A stretch of DNA of 64,000 bases from Vezdaea acicularis. Taxonomy: Eukaryota. A program made the translations under genes and the position numbers. The notes under the pieces are model-generated. The model was not told the origin of the DNA and made no database searches. It worked only from the letters and a program-made list of their open reading frames with translations. Where the stretch lies: assembly GCA_026025075.1 (NCBI GenBank), contig JAPEUI010000007.1, positions 62,001 to 126,000 on the forward strand, given 5' to 3'. Shown here in pieces: positions 1 through 13,029 of the stretch (position 1 is its first letter; each line of letters begins with the position of its first letter).

Positions 1-2738
1 TACAGTTCTATCGGACACTGACAAATTCAATCGGAAGAGCATCGGACCATGCCATCCACACCGCTATGCTGGGCGTTGATGCTCAATGCATTTTCTTATC
101 AGTCACATTCTCTTAAGCCAACGAAACTTGTCGATTGCTTCCTGGGTCGAAACCGTTCAGGTGATCCTAGCCGTTCAGCTCCGACCTCGACCCCGTTCAT
201 CCTGGTAATAGCCTCGCGTATAATGAAATAACTTGCCGATGAGGACGCCGAGGCATACTATCCGCGTACAGTAGCCATCTTTGAAAAAAAACACCTCATA
301 CAGACTGCTTCGGACTTCAACCCTTCCTAGGTTCTCGGCCCGCAATCACGGTTCACTGCCTGAGGAAGTGTGGATCGTGGCTGTCCTATTCGCCCCCGTC
401 TTACCGCATATGTGGTTGCCGGCCTAGCATTCAATCACGTGTGCTTCTTGTGTTCCAACCGTTTGTTAGGCTGTTCAATGGATACCCGGTATTTGATTTT
501 TAAGTGGAGGAGAAAGATCCACCTCAAAGGGTCTGTGCGTGCTCCGATGAGCACGGGATCGATAGCATCATGCACTCCCTGGCTCCGACAGAGCCCGGAA
601 CCTACCTTGTCCGAGATAAGAGAAGAGTTCCGGCTACTAGATCTGGCTTGAACTGGCATTGACCAACGATGATATCACGGATCGACTCTTTGGTCCCGTA
701 TGGTCCTTTGAAGCCCTCCATTTCCGGGCGTAAATTGCCTAAATTTGGACCGAGACGGCTCACATATCGGCTCCATACCCTTGTGCTGGGCTCCAAGCAC
801 GTACGAACGAAAATTATCAGGTCTTCATCTCTCCTGGGTCCGGCACGCTCAGTAGAGCTCTTGACAATCTTTCCCTTAGCTCCAAGGCCAGACACTTGTA
901 CACGACTGGAGGCGAGTAATGCTGACTGGAAGTTCCTTTTGACCTCCATACCTTCGTCCAACAATAAGCCCCTTGACCATGGGCTTGGTGTCATTCCGGT
1001 CACAATACCTCGTCTACAATGTCTGTGGCTGCACATCGACAGCCGTGTCAAGGACACCAACTTTAGGCCGCCTTACGGTCACGCTTTCTGCTCTAATACT
1101 GGACTAGGCCCCCTCCCGATCCTTTGATCGCGTTGCACTTTCCTTAGCCTTGCTCATCCAAGGTCTCTCTTCTCCAGCAATCTGCATGATCTGAGACGCT
1201 TGATAAGAGCTGGTTAAGGGCTAGGTCGATCGCTAGTCCCTCTACTGCGTATGCTCGTTGCATTCTTAGCCCGCTCTCTGCGCTAATCTTCCTACTGAAG
1301 CTGCGACGATGGTTTGCCTACGTGGCAGGTGCGGTCTGGTTGTCCCACCATTATCTTCGACGGTGCTTGCTTGGTGCAATTGGAACGCACGGTCACATTT
1401 CGCGCATGGAGGCTAGTTTCCGAGATCATCACGGACATCACCAAATCATGTTCTTCAGGCGAAAGACACTCCGAGGAAACGGCAGAAGGCGCAAAGGAAA
1501 AAGTCAGGTGGCGGTCAGCCTTCATGCCCAGCGATCAAGGAAGGGCTTCCCATGACCTAAAGACTTCTAGCCCTTGGACAATCAAGGTTAAAGTGGCAAA
1601 ATATGCAAGACGTCCTCCACCGTCACATCCTCCAAAATTTCGTCTGCAAATCTGCTCAGGCAGCCTCCGGGCAACCGGGTCATTGCTGTCCCTCAGAATT
1701 CCGATGGGGGCGCTCAATTCTGTTACTCATGGACTAGTCTCACGGACCGGCGGCCTTGTGAGCGGCCAACGCGGGAAGAGGGAGGTCGGGCAGAGGCTAT
1801 GGCCTGAGCAATGGCAACCAGAAACGAGGCAATCATGCCGGCGCTGGAAGTCTCGCTTCTCACGGAAATCTACTGTTTTCCAACATTCTACGCCGTCGTG
1901 TTTACAGTAGCTAAACCGCCTGGATCGCATCCTATCCATGGCTTCTCCTCATTGTTCCGGGTCGCCTTCTCACGGCCCGTTGTTGATTCTCGAGTTTCAC
2001 AGTCTCGGCGCGCTTAAGGCAGACGTTGAATTTTGCTTGATGCACGTTCGATCGTTGGCCAGCCAGTACCTCAGTCTCGGGTCTCTCGCATTCAGGTGAG
2101 CGAAGAGGCCTGCTTAAGCGGCCACCCACGGGCATTCTGCTCGACGAATCACATCTCAGCAGAGGCATGCGAAAAGATTAAGGTGGGGATGGGTGTGGTC
2201 GGGCAGCGGGTTGGCCGCTTGATTGGGACGGTGGCCTCGCCATCAGGTCACAAGGAGGACGCGCCTTCATGGTACACACCCGCTGAGGCCAGGGAACTGT
2301 AGTGGGCCGCCTCGATTTCTCTTCGTGGTGATAATTGGTTCTATGTGAAGCTGCTGGTGGATCACAACTAGCCCGGATGCACGTCCAGCCTGTCCTGGGT
2401 CGCTCACGGTCACCCCTCCACTATCACCTCATTACCATACTGAAGCACCGATGCCCATGCTACTGCGGCTCTCTGAGCCTTCTACCTAACACATTTCAAA
2501 TTACACTTCACATCCATCATCTCTTCTATGTGTTATCATGTTGATAGGCCTATTAGACCAATCTCGGTCATGGACCATGCATAAATGGAGGTAACGTCCG
2601 AAAGCGGTTAGCTGGTTTCGGCGATTACGTCGCTTTGCCGAGGAGCTCCAGGCACCAATGAATTTCGACGATCGTTATACACTCAATCCGCTATGAATAC
2701 CACAGTAAACTCATGCCGTAAATTGAAATACTGCAAGA

Positions 2739-3576
2739 ATGAGCTTGAACCGAGACATCGTCTATCTGCTCGGGCTATGCGATGAGCTACTGCTGCATAT
2801 CTTTGCCTTTCTCGATGTCCCCGAGCTATTAAGCGCCTCCAGGGTACGTCAGCGCCCCTCACTTTATGCGAACCCTCGCATGAAGTGTATCATCCACGCC
2901 GTCAACAGCGACAACGCGCCCCACGATGGCCGCAACCGCGTCCTTTATCGAAACGACTAGCATCGTAGGGCTTTGCTAATGTTCACTTCCTTTCCAGACA
3001 TGTCATCGCCTTCGGCACATTTCCCTTGATCCGATACTGCACCACCGCCGTCTGCAGCTAGCCTCCTCGGCCCTCTCTCGCGCCCTGACCCACCGCCCTT
3101 CCTTATCCTCTCTTCAGCCCCCGGAAAAGACCATCTACCTCTCGCGTACACATCTCGCGGCCCGCGCCCTCTCCCGTAGCCTGATCGCGATCCGCCTGAA
3201 CCGGCGGCTAGAGCATAGACCATCTGCCTCGTGGCTTGTGGGCTCAAACATCTTGCCAAAGGAATGCTGTAGGATTGACAGGGTAACCGGTGAGGTACGC
3301 TTCGGAGTCGGTGTCAGTCCTGGGATCGTGAGCGTGAGGAGGAGGGTGGAGTGGGAGGGCCTGAGGGATAGGCTGCGGGGTTGGATCGAGGAAAGGAGAC
3401 AGAGAGAGGCACGAGAAAGACCAAGAGAGGAGAAGGCGCCGGGCGTCAGAGTACTGGTTAGAAGATTTGCAAGACCTAGAGGGGAAGGCGAGAGGCGAAG
3501 GAAGGTGGAGCCACCAAGGGCGAATGTCTTGGGCCTGAGGAGATTTTGGGAACGGGTAGGGAGAGAGGGAGGTTGA
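2739..3576 (+). CDS. F-box domain protein with RPEL-like motifs (2 exons; intron 2844-2997)
   Basis: Exon 1 encodes an F-box (LLGLCDELLLHIFAFLDVPELLSASR). A GTACGT..GCTAAT..CAG intron joins it in frame to TCHRLRHISLDPILH, which continues into ORF 3238-3576. Confidence 0.8.
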
Positions 3577-4421
3577 GAGAGCTGTTGTGGAAAGTCTAGA
3601 ATGGTAAGTGTGCGAAAATTTACATTACTTATTGAGTGTGGAACATTTGATGCATCATATATAACTGTCTGAGCTCCTATAATCCACGTGGTGCAACACC
3701 TTTGCGTTAAACCTCTAAAGTCTTGTGAATTCTATGTACCCGCCCAACCATCAACGCAATCTGTGACCTCCATTGACTCACGTCTACCGCAAAAGTCAAT
3801 TCGAATACCACAACGATAAAATCTCCCCTTTATTCTCCACATATTATAGAAATTGGGGGGACTAAAGATAGAAGACTGCCAGTTCCGGGAGGGCGGGTTC
3901 TCCTGGACAAGTCGTGGTCACGTTGTCGCCGTATCTATCTCAACAACTGGAATTCAGCCGGCAAGCCTCATGACAACCGCCGAAACGAGTTGACAAGAGA
4001 AGCACCTAACCGTAAGACCAATCTGCTCCCAAAACTGACACCAATCTCCAGCCTATTAATGTATTTATCTTACCCTTCTCAAAAGCGACCCATATTCGAT
4101 TCAGTATTCTGTCTGAAGCAGCGCAGAAACTGTGTGCTTATGTAGAAGAATTCATGCGTCTGGCAAAGAGGCAAAGGTAAGTGAAGAAATTCTCAAGCTG
4201 TATAGGCAGCTTGTTGGACGACTATGTCATAATAGCACCAAGCTGGACAAGCAACGATACGACACGCAAGGCACTCCATACTAGATCAATAGGGAATAGA
4301 AAATGAGTCTTTGTAGTCGCTGAGCCCCCTTTCACGGAAAAGCATCAAGATAGAAAAGACTGCTCATCCTTACATAATTCATACGGTAAAAGTTTAAGAT
4401 CTCCCTTTCCAGCATGCTTTA

Positions 4422-5297
4422 TCAGCTTTCTTCCTCATCTTCTGCCTTTGCCAGACCATGCTCTTTCAAAAGCGTTTGGATTTCATCAGCAGCCCATAGA
4501 TGATGATACACCTTGCCATCCTTTGTTTTTCCAACCGTTGCAAACTCGATCTTCTCGCTACTTAACTTCGTCGAATCCATAGTCTTGCTTAGCACCTTCA
4601 CAGCCATTCCACAAGCCTCCTTCAAATCGCAGTCCTCCTTGTAGTCTTGCTTCAACAAGCTCTGTGCCGACGCATTGTTTGCTCCAACGCTTGTTGCTTT
4701 CCAGCCACCATAGTTGCCGCTAGGGTTGCTCTGGTAAAGCTGAAACTGTCGTTGTGGATCATAGCCTGCGTAGATGAACGATACTCCAAAAGGCCGGAGA
4801 CCACCATGCTGCGTATACCCTTGCTTTAGATCACATAACCGGCGTACAAGTTGTTCACATGGGATATCTTCGTTATAGGTGAGAAGGTAGCGTTGAGCGT
4901 TTTGTCGTGCATAATTGATGAGAATATTGGCGTCTGCGGTCATGCCAGCAACGGCACATATCATGTTACTGTAGAAATGATCAGTAGGCATCCTACCCAC
5001 CATCATTTTTCGCCACACGAGACTTTCACCTACTCATTTAGGATGTAGAGCTTCTCTGCGGAAGTGTCCTGCTCTAACAGCTTGCTAGTCACTTTTCTCT
5101 CTGCGGCAAGAACAATCCCATCTTTTGCTAGTAGCCCTAATGCCGTGCCAGCATGGGAAATCGCCTCCAGCGCATATTCGACTTGGTACAATCGACCCTC
5201 TGGCGAGAAAATTGTCGTCTGGAGAGAAATTAGCAAAGCTAAACATTTGAGATTATCTGGATGCCTTATATACCCTTGAGTCATATCGTCGAGACAT
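4422..5297 (-). CDS. PRE9: 20S proteasome subunit alpha-3 (3 exons)
   Basis: [32 protein letters not shown] (alpha-subunit signature); [27 protein letters not shown]. Confidence 0.97.
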
Positions 5298-5543
5298 TTT
5301 TGATGGAGAAGAAATTCAAGACAGAACTCTCACAGTAGACGGGAGTCTTCAAAAATCTCCAGCTTCGGGATGTTAATATATGTTGATTGGTCGAGTCAAG
5401 CTTCCCTGAAGCTGCGACTTCGAGATGAGAGCTTCAGGCACCTCGCTAAACGCGTCGCTGCGACACAGGCCGCAATGGTCACCGTAGGAAGTTTTCCGTA
5501 TGAGAGCATGTTGCATCCATATATTTTCAAGATGGTATGAAGT

Positions 5544-7350
5544 ATGTTAAAATCAACTTACAAAGCGCCAAGCTTGCCAGCCGACCTTTCTGCCCTTCCC
5601 TCTGGCTGGACAGAACATAAGGCACCTACAGGTGAGAGGGGGTCTCGAAAGACGAACTCGCAAATACGTCAAACTGACGACAGCGCCGTTAGGACATTCG
5701 TACTACTATAACTCCGAAACTAAGCAGTCCACCTACAAGCGCCCTACTCTGTCGACGCCGCCGAATCAGCGCAGTAGCCAGGATTCTCACGTCCAGCAAC
5801 CTTTTCCACCATTTGACAACGGTGGTGGATGGACGGGTCATTTTGGGGGGGCTGTCCCCGGGCAAAGCTTCCCACGTTTTGACAGTGGAGATCACCACTT
5901 TGGAAACCAAGGAGAGCATCGGGGACGAAGAGACTTCAACGGGCGGTTCGATCAAAGTCGTGGAGGAAGACGTCGTCATGATGATAGACCCAAACACCGG
6001 CAAGAGCTTCCAGGATGTGCTCCGTGGATTTTGGTGAGAACGAGGCTGGGCCGTAGATTCTTCTACAACCCTGAACAAAAACAGAGCTTCTGGAAGGCCC
6101 CAGAAGAGATTAGGGAGGGGGTAGAAGCCTTCGACCACAAAGAAATAGAGCTCTCCGAGCGCTCGGGAACTTTGCATGGAGAAGTCCCAGAGGCGATTAT
6201 CTTAGCTGAGCATCAAGCAGCCAAATCAGGATCAACTAACAAGTCTATCCCTCCTGTCCCTCATGTACCGTCGCAAGAAGGAGACGAGGATGATAGCGAC
6301 GACTATGAGGAGGTCGAAGTTACTGATGATGAAGGACAGGATGGCGAGGAAAACCCCTCCAAGCGACAGAAAATTGGTGAAGAGAATCAGGGGCAGCCAA
6401 TTGAGTTCAATGAGGATGATATTGCGTATCAGCTTGCTGCCATGGGCCAGGAGCATGGTCTTGACCCTGGGGAGTATGGCGAGGGAGAGGAAGACGAATG
6501 GGAGGAAGGGGCTGAGGGGCTACCGCTCACAGAAGATGATTCTCAGGCATTATTCATGGACATGCTGGATGACCTAGGCATCAATCCGTTCAGGCCGTGG
6601 GACAAGATTGTTGAAGATGGAACACTAGTCGAGGACCAGCGGTATACAGTACTTCCGAACATGAAAGCTAGAAGAGAGGTATACGATGATTGGAGTCGGG
6701 AAAAGATACGGAAGCTGAAAGAAGAGCGGGAGAAGGAGATTAAGGAGGACCCGCACATTCCCTATCTCGCCTTCTTGGAGAAGAATGCTACACCCAAATT
6801 ATACTGGCCAGAATTCAGAAGAAAGTACAAGAAAAACTCTGAGATGCGCGACCCAAAGCTATCTGACAAGGAACGAGAAAAGCTTTACCGCGATCTCATA
6901 TCTCGTAGGAAGCTACCAGAATCTACACTCAAATCTGATTTAACTGCTCTTCTGAAATCCATTCCAGTATCAGCCCTAAATAGCTCCTCAGACCCCTCAT
7001 TCTTACCGAGTGCAGTACTCGTGGATATCCGGTATATCTCTTTACCATCCTCTATCAGAGATCCTCTTGTAGCAGAGCATATATCAAAGCTTCCTCATCC
7101 TTCGGCAGACTCCGACGAGAAACTGTTAGAAGATCAAGGGGACCCATTAGAGAAGAGGCAAGAAAGACAACGGAGGGAAAGGGCATTAGAGGAGCGTGAA
7201 AGGCTAGTTGCTACTGAGAGAAGACGGCAGAAGGTTGCCCTTACCCGAGGGCGTGGGATGCTCAGGGAGGAGGAGGAGGAGATCCGGCAGGCAATGGATG
7301 TCGGCAAGGCAGGCCTCATGGCACAACTAGATCACATTGGCCCTAAGTAG
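5544..7350 (+). CDS. WW/FF-domain protein (Urn1/TCERG1-like, splicing-associated; intron about 5632-5692)
   Basis: MLKSTY..LPSGWTEHKAPTG|HSYYYNSETKQSTYKRP (WW); second WW-like WILVRTRLGRRFFYNPEQKQSFW; FF-like FMDMLDDLGINPFRPW..DQRY and WPEFRRKYKK. Confidence 0.85.
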
Positions 7351-7977
7351 TAGTGACTGGACCACAATTATCCGACATGCAATAGCATGACAATCTATAG
7401 TCGGAAGCCTTGATATTTAAACCTTGAAACCCAAGCCATTCTCCATATCTATAGCTCATTGACGGCCCTAAATTTCAATTGAGCATACCTCAATTACTTC
7501 GTACGTAATTAAAGTTCCCTTATGACAAGTTAAACGGTGTGTATGCCGTCTAAACTCCCCTCGAGCACTAGAGGTCCAAGCTTCATCGCCAAAGTGGGAG
7601 GCTGAGGTACACGAGGTCATAACTTTTATTAAGTTTCATTTTACCTTACCAGCAATGAATTGACTAATTACCGACTCATTGACTTTTAGATCATCATGTG
7701 TAGCTTTCAGTGAAGAATAGTAACTGAATTAAAAGGTCTCAATGGAGGCCTCAAAGTATGCTCAAGAGCTAGAACCAGGCCAGTCTGCTCTTGTACGTAC
7801 CATTTACCTATAGTGTGCATTCTATGTCACCTTCGATTAGTCTTAAACTTTTTTGCATTGTCTCCAGTAATACAAGCTAAGAATACGACAATATCTCAGG
7901 TAAAACCCAAGACATTGCAAGGATCCGCGCCCTCGTTCAAACCGAGCTCTCAAGGCATCCCGGACGCTGCGGATGAC

Positions 7978-9044
7978 ATGGATGAATTTGCGCAGACCCG
8001 ACCACCGGATGACCTTTTTGACGAAGACTTCACGCCTGTTGCACAGCCGGTAGAAGAGCCTCAGGCGCCAATAGGTCCCCGTAGTAGAGGTGGAGGTCGT
8101 TTCACTAGAGGTCGAGGAGATCGAGGAGATCGAGGAAGAGGCAGGGGAAGAGGCGGACGAGGTGGGACCGATGGTACAACTATGCCTGCAGCACCAACTG
8201 TAAAGCCCGAAGTAGACGGTGAGACACCTGAAAGAACGAACGAAAACGCCGAAATCCGGAAAGAGACAGCCGTAAGGGGTGACAGAAGTGCCACTGGGGG
8301 TGTAAAGAAGGTTTGATACTACATCCTAGATGCTGCCCAAGCTAATTGATATAGCCCAAAATGACGCCAGAGGAGATCGCTGAGAAACTAGCCCAGATGA
8401 AAATCAAGAACGCAGCAGCGGAGGCAGCTCACCGCCGACAACAGGCCGATGAGGCGTCTTTCCAAGAAGTTGAGTCCAAAGAGCAAGCTAAGAGATTGGA
8501 GGAGCGACAGAACAGGCGGCAGATGGACAAGGAACGGGAGAAGAACAGGGAGCGAAAAATGAAAGCTCAGGGAGGGAGGGAATGGGATTCAGAGAAGAAA
8601 GAAGAGGATTATGCAGGGACAGGGCGGAGCTCGCAATTTAGGAGGGGGGCGTATGGAGGGGTTCACTACGACTATACACGAGAAACAAAAGGGACAAGTG
8701 GTGAAGAGCAAATAGATTTGGGCCGGAGAGGAAGGGGCGGATATGCTCCCCGAGGACAGAGAGGGGAGGGGCGTGGAAGAGGCCGTGGGAGAGGTCGAGG
8801 GAGAGGTGAGCAACAAGGTGGTGATAGGGGCCAGCAGCCCACGGGAACTCTACCTACGGCTAGTGATTTCCCCGCATTACCTCCAGGAAAGAACGCCATA
8901 GATCCTAAGACGGAGAGTGCCATGACGGTCGAAGATGCAAACGCTAGTCTACAGTCAGATCCAAAACCTGTTGATTCTACAGCACAGGCCACTTGGGCGG
9001 AGGAAGTTTCTCAAGTTCAGGACAACTCTAAATCTTCTGAATGA
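7978..9044 (+). CDS. RGG-rich conserved hypothetical protein, putative RNA-binding (intron about 8311-8354)
   Basis: MDEFAQTRPPDDLFDEDF start, RG/RGG tracts and a coiled-coil segment; two ORFs joined by a GTTTGA..GCTAAT..TAG intron. Confidence 0.75.
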
Positions 9045-9394
9045 TATACATACAGCATAATTTCTTTCAAACAGCTGGCTAGCTCTTATTTGGCATTGCG
9101 ACTCAAACTTGGGAGGTCATTTCTAAAAAAATTTCATTATCCATTTGCTTCTAGGGTCAAGGCAATAGAAACGATGAAGGACAAAAACTTTGTCAAACAC
9201 GGACAAGCCTTCAAATTTGATTGAAAAAGGTCTTATGCGAAGTATGTACGGCCATTGAGCTATTACATGAGGCTGGGCGCGCCCACCATGCACGCAAAGC
9301 GTACAATGGAGTTTAGCATTCCCTTCATTTCATCTAAAACCATGGTTTGTTCCCCCAACGCCTTACCAAACAGTAGATATAGTACAAGTGGTGT

Positions 9395-10423
9395 TCACCA
9401 TCCTCCTCGGAAGCCGCCCCTGCCGCCCCTGAATCCACCGCGGCCTCCAAAACCTCCTCCCCTAAATCCACCACCACCTCTCCCGTAGCCTCCTCTGCCA
9501 GCCCAGCCTCCATCGCCATATCCTCCTTCGTACCCCTCCCTCGAGCCTGGGCTCCTATCTCCACCGGCATCTTGCCTGACTGGCGGAGGCTTTCCTTTCA
9601 AATCTTTCTGAAGAGCCTCCGCGGTCTTCCTCATTTGCGCGTACCCTAAGTGCATCTTGCCATAGAAGTGGTCTGCCAGCCGCCGATCGTTATCGAGCCG
9701 ACTCAGGTAAGCACCGCATACGTCGCAAACTTGCAACTTCTGGTGCCCGCTTGGACCAGAAGTATCTGAGAGGGATTTGAGTTCGCGTTCTTTTTCCTCC
9801 TTCGATTGCTTTGCTTGCCGAACTTGGAAATATTGCGACATGGCAAGTGAAACAGATCCAGATTCCCCAAGGACCTGGACTTCCATAAGGCCAGTGTTGA
9901 TTGTTTTGGAGAGGTCTGAGATTTGCTTAAGTAAGTTGTTCGATTGCCGAATCTCGTCCGGTGTTTTCTCTAATCGCCTTTGCGCGGTCTCTATCCTTCG
10001 ATTGCATTCATCGATGTACTTTTGCATATCCCTTAGGTAGTCGTATTCGAAATTTAACCTTGATTTATCTGCGGTATTCTCGTATTCTGTCTTCAGCGGC
10101 TCGCTATGGACTTTTGGACATGGCCCTAAGTCTTGCTTGGTATTTGTGAACAGGTCGTGTGGACAGGTGCCTACGAGGTAGGACTTGCAAACTTTGGGGT
10201 CTGTGATTGATAGCTGTTGGGAGCGAGAAGAAGCGCTTGCTCCCATAAGTTGCTCTAGTTTGAGAATCAGATGTTAGCAAGGTCCAGCCCTTTGTATCGG
10301 CAGGAGGAAGGGGAGATACCGCCCATCAGCTGCTCTGCGAAGAGGAGGATGCGGATCAGTTTCCCAAAGTGAACTCATGTAGGGATCATAGTTACCAAGG
10401 AGCTTCCTCTGCGCTTCTGCCAT
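9395..10423 (-). CDS. LUC7: U1 snRNP splicing factor Luc7 (3 exons, including 15-nt microexon 10320-10334)
   Basis: MAEAQRKLLEQLMG; zinc fingers CKSYLVGTCPHDLFTNTKQDLGPCPKVH and VCDVCGAYLS..HFYGKMHLG; RGG tail. Confidence 0.95.
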
Positions 10424-10786
10424 GACTTCTGAGTTTCCAGACTAAATAAGTCTGGTTCTGGGAGGTGGTGGAGGAGGTTGAGAATTGAGTGCTCTATAAT
10501 GAAGAAGATGAGGAATGAAAGAGAGGATAAAATCTTGGGAGGCCAGGGCGTATAGAGGGTGAGATGGGCCGTCAAATATGTATAATCTTCAAAGAGGTGG
10601 AAAAAGGCTTTGTAAAGGTCAGTAAATATCAGTGATACCTTGACGTAGGCGGAGGAAAGTTGATCATCGATGTTCGAGAGCTTCCAAAGATGCGCCTCGG
10701 TTATGGAGACAAATTCTGTACACCATGTCAAGTCCTTCGTGCTGGACTGCTAGTCCGTGTGGAAAACTTATAGGGAGAAACTCGAG

Positions 10787-12652
10787 ATGAAAATTCTCGT
10801 TCTTCTCCTGTATTGCGTTTGTTCATGCCTGATTCCCTGCATCAGCGCCGCAGACTACTATGAGCGCCTCAATTTACGTCCTCTCCCTCCCTCATCACTT
10901 CTAGCATCGTTCAACTTTCGTAGCAACACCTCATCCGCGTCATTTGAGCAGCAAAACTTTCGATACTTTCCAAGATCATTGGGGCAGATTCTAAAGCACG
11001 CGAATACGCATGAACTCCACCTACGGTTTAGCTTAGGGAGGTGGGATGCCGAGAGCTGGGGGGCGCGCCCATGGGGAGGAGGGCGAGAAGGTGGGACCGG
11101 TGTGGAGTTATGGGCTTGGGTGCAGGCAGATACAGATGAAGAGTACGCATTCTCTTTCTTCGTTTCAGTTCAGATAGAGCTCAAATAGCTGATGGCTTCC
11201 AGAGCAGATGCCCGGTGGACAACCCTCACAAACGCTCTTTCCGGCTTATTTTGCGCCTCCCTCAATTTCATAGATAGTACCCGCACAATTCGGCCCGTAA
11301 AAACTTTCGAGCCATATGGGGATCACTCCCCCTCCGTTTTGCCGAACTTACATTTGCTTCACGGCACCCTCCCTCGAGAAGTGGTCTGCACGGAGAATTT
11401 GACGCCATTCCTCAAGCTCCTTCCTTGTAAGGGCAAAGCCGGTATATCATCACTGTTGGACGGACACAAGCTATTCGACGCGTCATGGCAGAGCATGTCA
11501 ATTGACATACGACCAGTATGCCCTTCAGGCTCACATGCACCAGGGGATTGCATCCTCGAAATCGAGCAAACTATCGACATGGTCCTTGACATCGAGCGCT
11601 CCAAGCGTCAGCACGATAACCCGATACCCCGTCCCGTCCCAGCAGAGACGCTTGTCTGCGATACCTCCAAACCATATCACAATTCCGAGACATGCTATCC
11701 TCTTGACGAGCGTGCATCTCAAGGCTGGTCCATCTCCGATATCTTTGGCCGCTATATACATGGTACCTGCCCCTTGACCGAAAGCGCCGGTTCCGAGAGC
11801 GAAAGCGTCTGTATCGAGGTCCCGCATGCCCGCGATGTTTACACAAGCGTCCCGGGAAATGAAAACAAACATGAAGGAGGGTTCAGCCGTTGCTTCCGAC
11901 TCGAAGCTGCAGAGGACTTCCAGCTGCTCCTCCCACAGCAAACCCTCAACGAAACCTTCCCCTTACCTCAGCCGCTTCTCTACGCAGAACGGTCGTTCAC
12001 TGGCCACGGGCAAGAACGTGGTGGCGTGCAGACGCTCCTTACTAACCCCTTATCCAACTCGGCGGTCGAGTTCGTATATCTAGAGAGTCTACCCTGGTTC
12101 ATGAAACCATACCTCCATACCCTCCACGTCTCGCTATCTTCCTCATCGCATATAACTACGGTGACCGAGGAGGACCTTATCAAAGAAATGTACTACCGCC
12201 CAGCTCTAGACCGTCACCGTCCCACACATCTGGAGCTTGTGATACGGCTCCCGCCGGATAGTAGCGCTGTTCTAACCTACGATTTCGAGAAAGCTATTCT
12301 CCGCTACACGGAATACCCCCCCGACGCAAACCGTGGATTTGACGTCCCACCTGCCGTCTTGCGCATCATCTCCCCCAATGATACGCTGGAAACCGTCTAC
12401 CTACGAACGACGTCCCTGCTCCTCAACCTGCCAACCCCTGACTTCAGTATGCCATACAACGTCATCATCTTGACTAGCACGGTGATGGCGCTGGCTTTTG
12501 GGATGGTGTTCAACCTGTTAGTGCGGCGCTTTGTGGGCAAGGACGAAGTTGATGAGGTTGCTGGGGTTAAGGGGAAGCTTCTGGCGCTGTTCGGGAAGAT
12601 GAGGAGGTCATTTACCAAAAAAGGTAAAGGTGAGAACCGTAAGAACGAATAG
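10787..12652 (+). CDS. GPI16: GPI transamidase component PIG-T/Gpi16 (2 exons)
   Basis: Signal peptide; LSGLFCASLNFID, EVVCTENLTPFLKLLPCKGKAG, EYPPDANRGFD and LPTPDFSMPYNVI motifs; C-terminal TM and basic tail. Confidence 0.95.
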
Positions 12653-13029
12653 TTAATAGATCATCTACTTTTTGCATATGATTAAGTGTCGCGAATTCCG
12701 GCGTGACTTTATTGAGGCGCTACGCCTCATACTTCGGGCGGTCTTCTGTTATGGTGGACATTTGGTTGTTACATAGACGAATGTCGATCATATAAACAAT
12801 CGCCCATGATGTGGATGAACTCCCCTTCAACAAATAGCTTTGCATTATACGTCTAAGTCCTTGTTACCCCAGCAGCTCCTCATTTAACGGGCTCCCTCCC
12901 ATTACTAATTTCCCCAAGCTATCTAACTACGCGCACTCATAAGGCCATAGAAATCGAATGCAAAATCAATATGATATCATTAAAACCCCTGATAAGATAA
13001 GAGCACATAGCAGGCAATCACCACCACAT

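Noticed and set aside
1035..1061. Minus-strand VGVLDTAVD resembling the subtilase catalytic Asp motif
   Set aside because: A stop follows within a few codons, and I found no His or Ser catalytic motifs nearby.
1697..1720. NSDGGAQF resembling a retroelement integrase core motif
   Set aside because: An isolated short match with no RT, RNase H, HHCC motif or LTRs.
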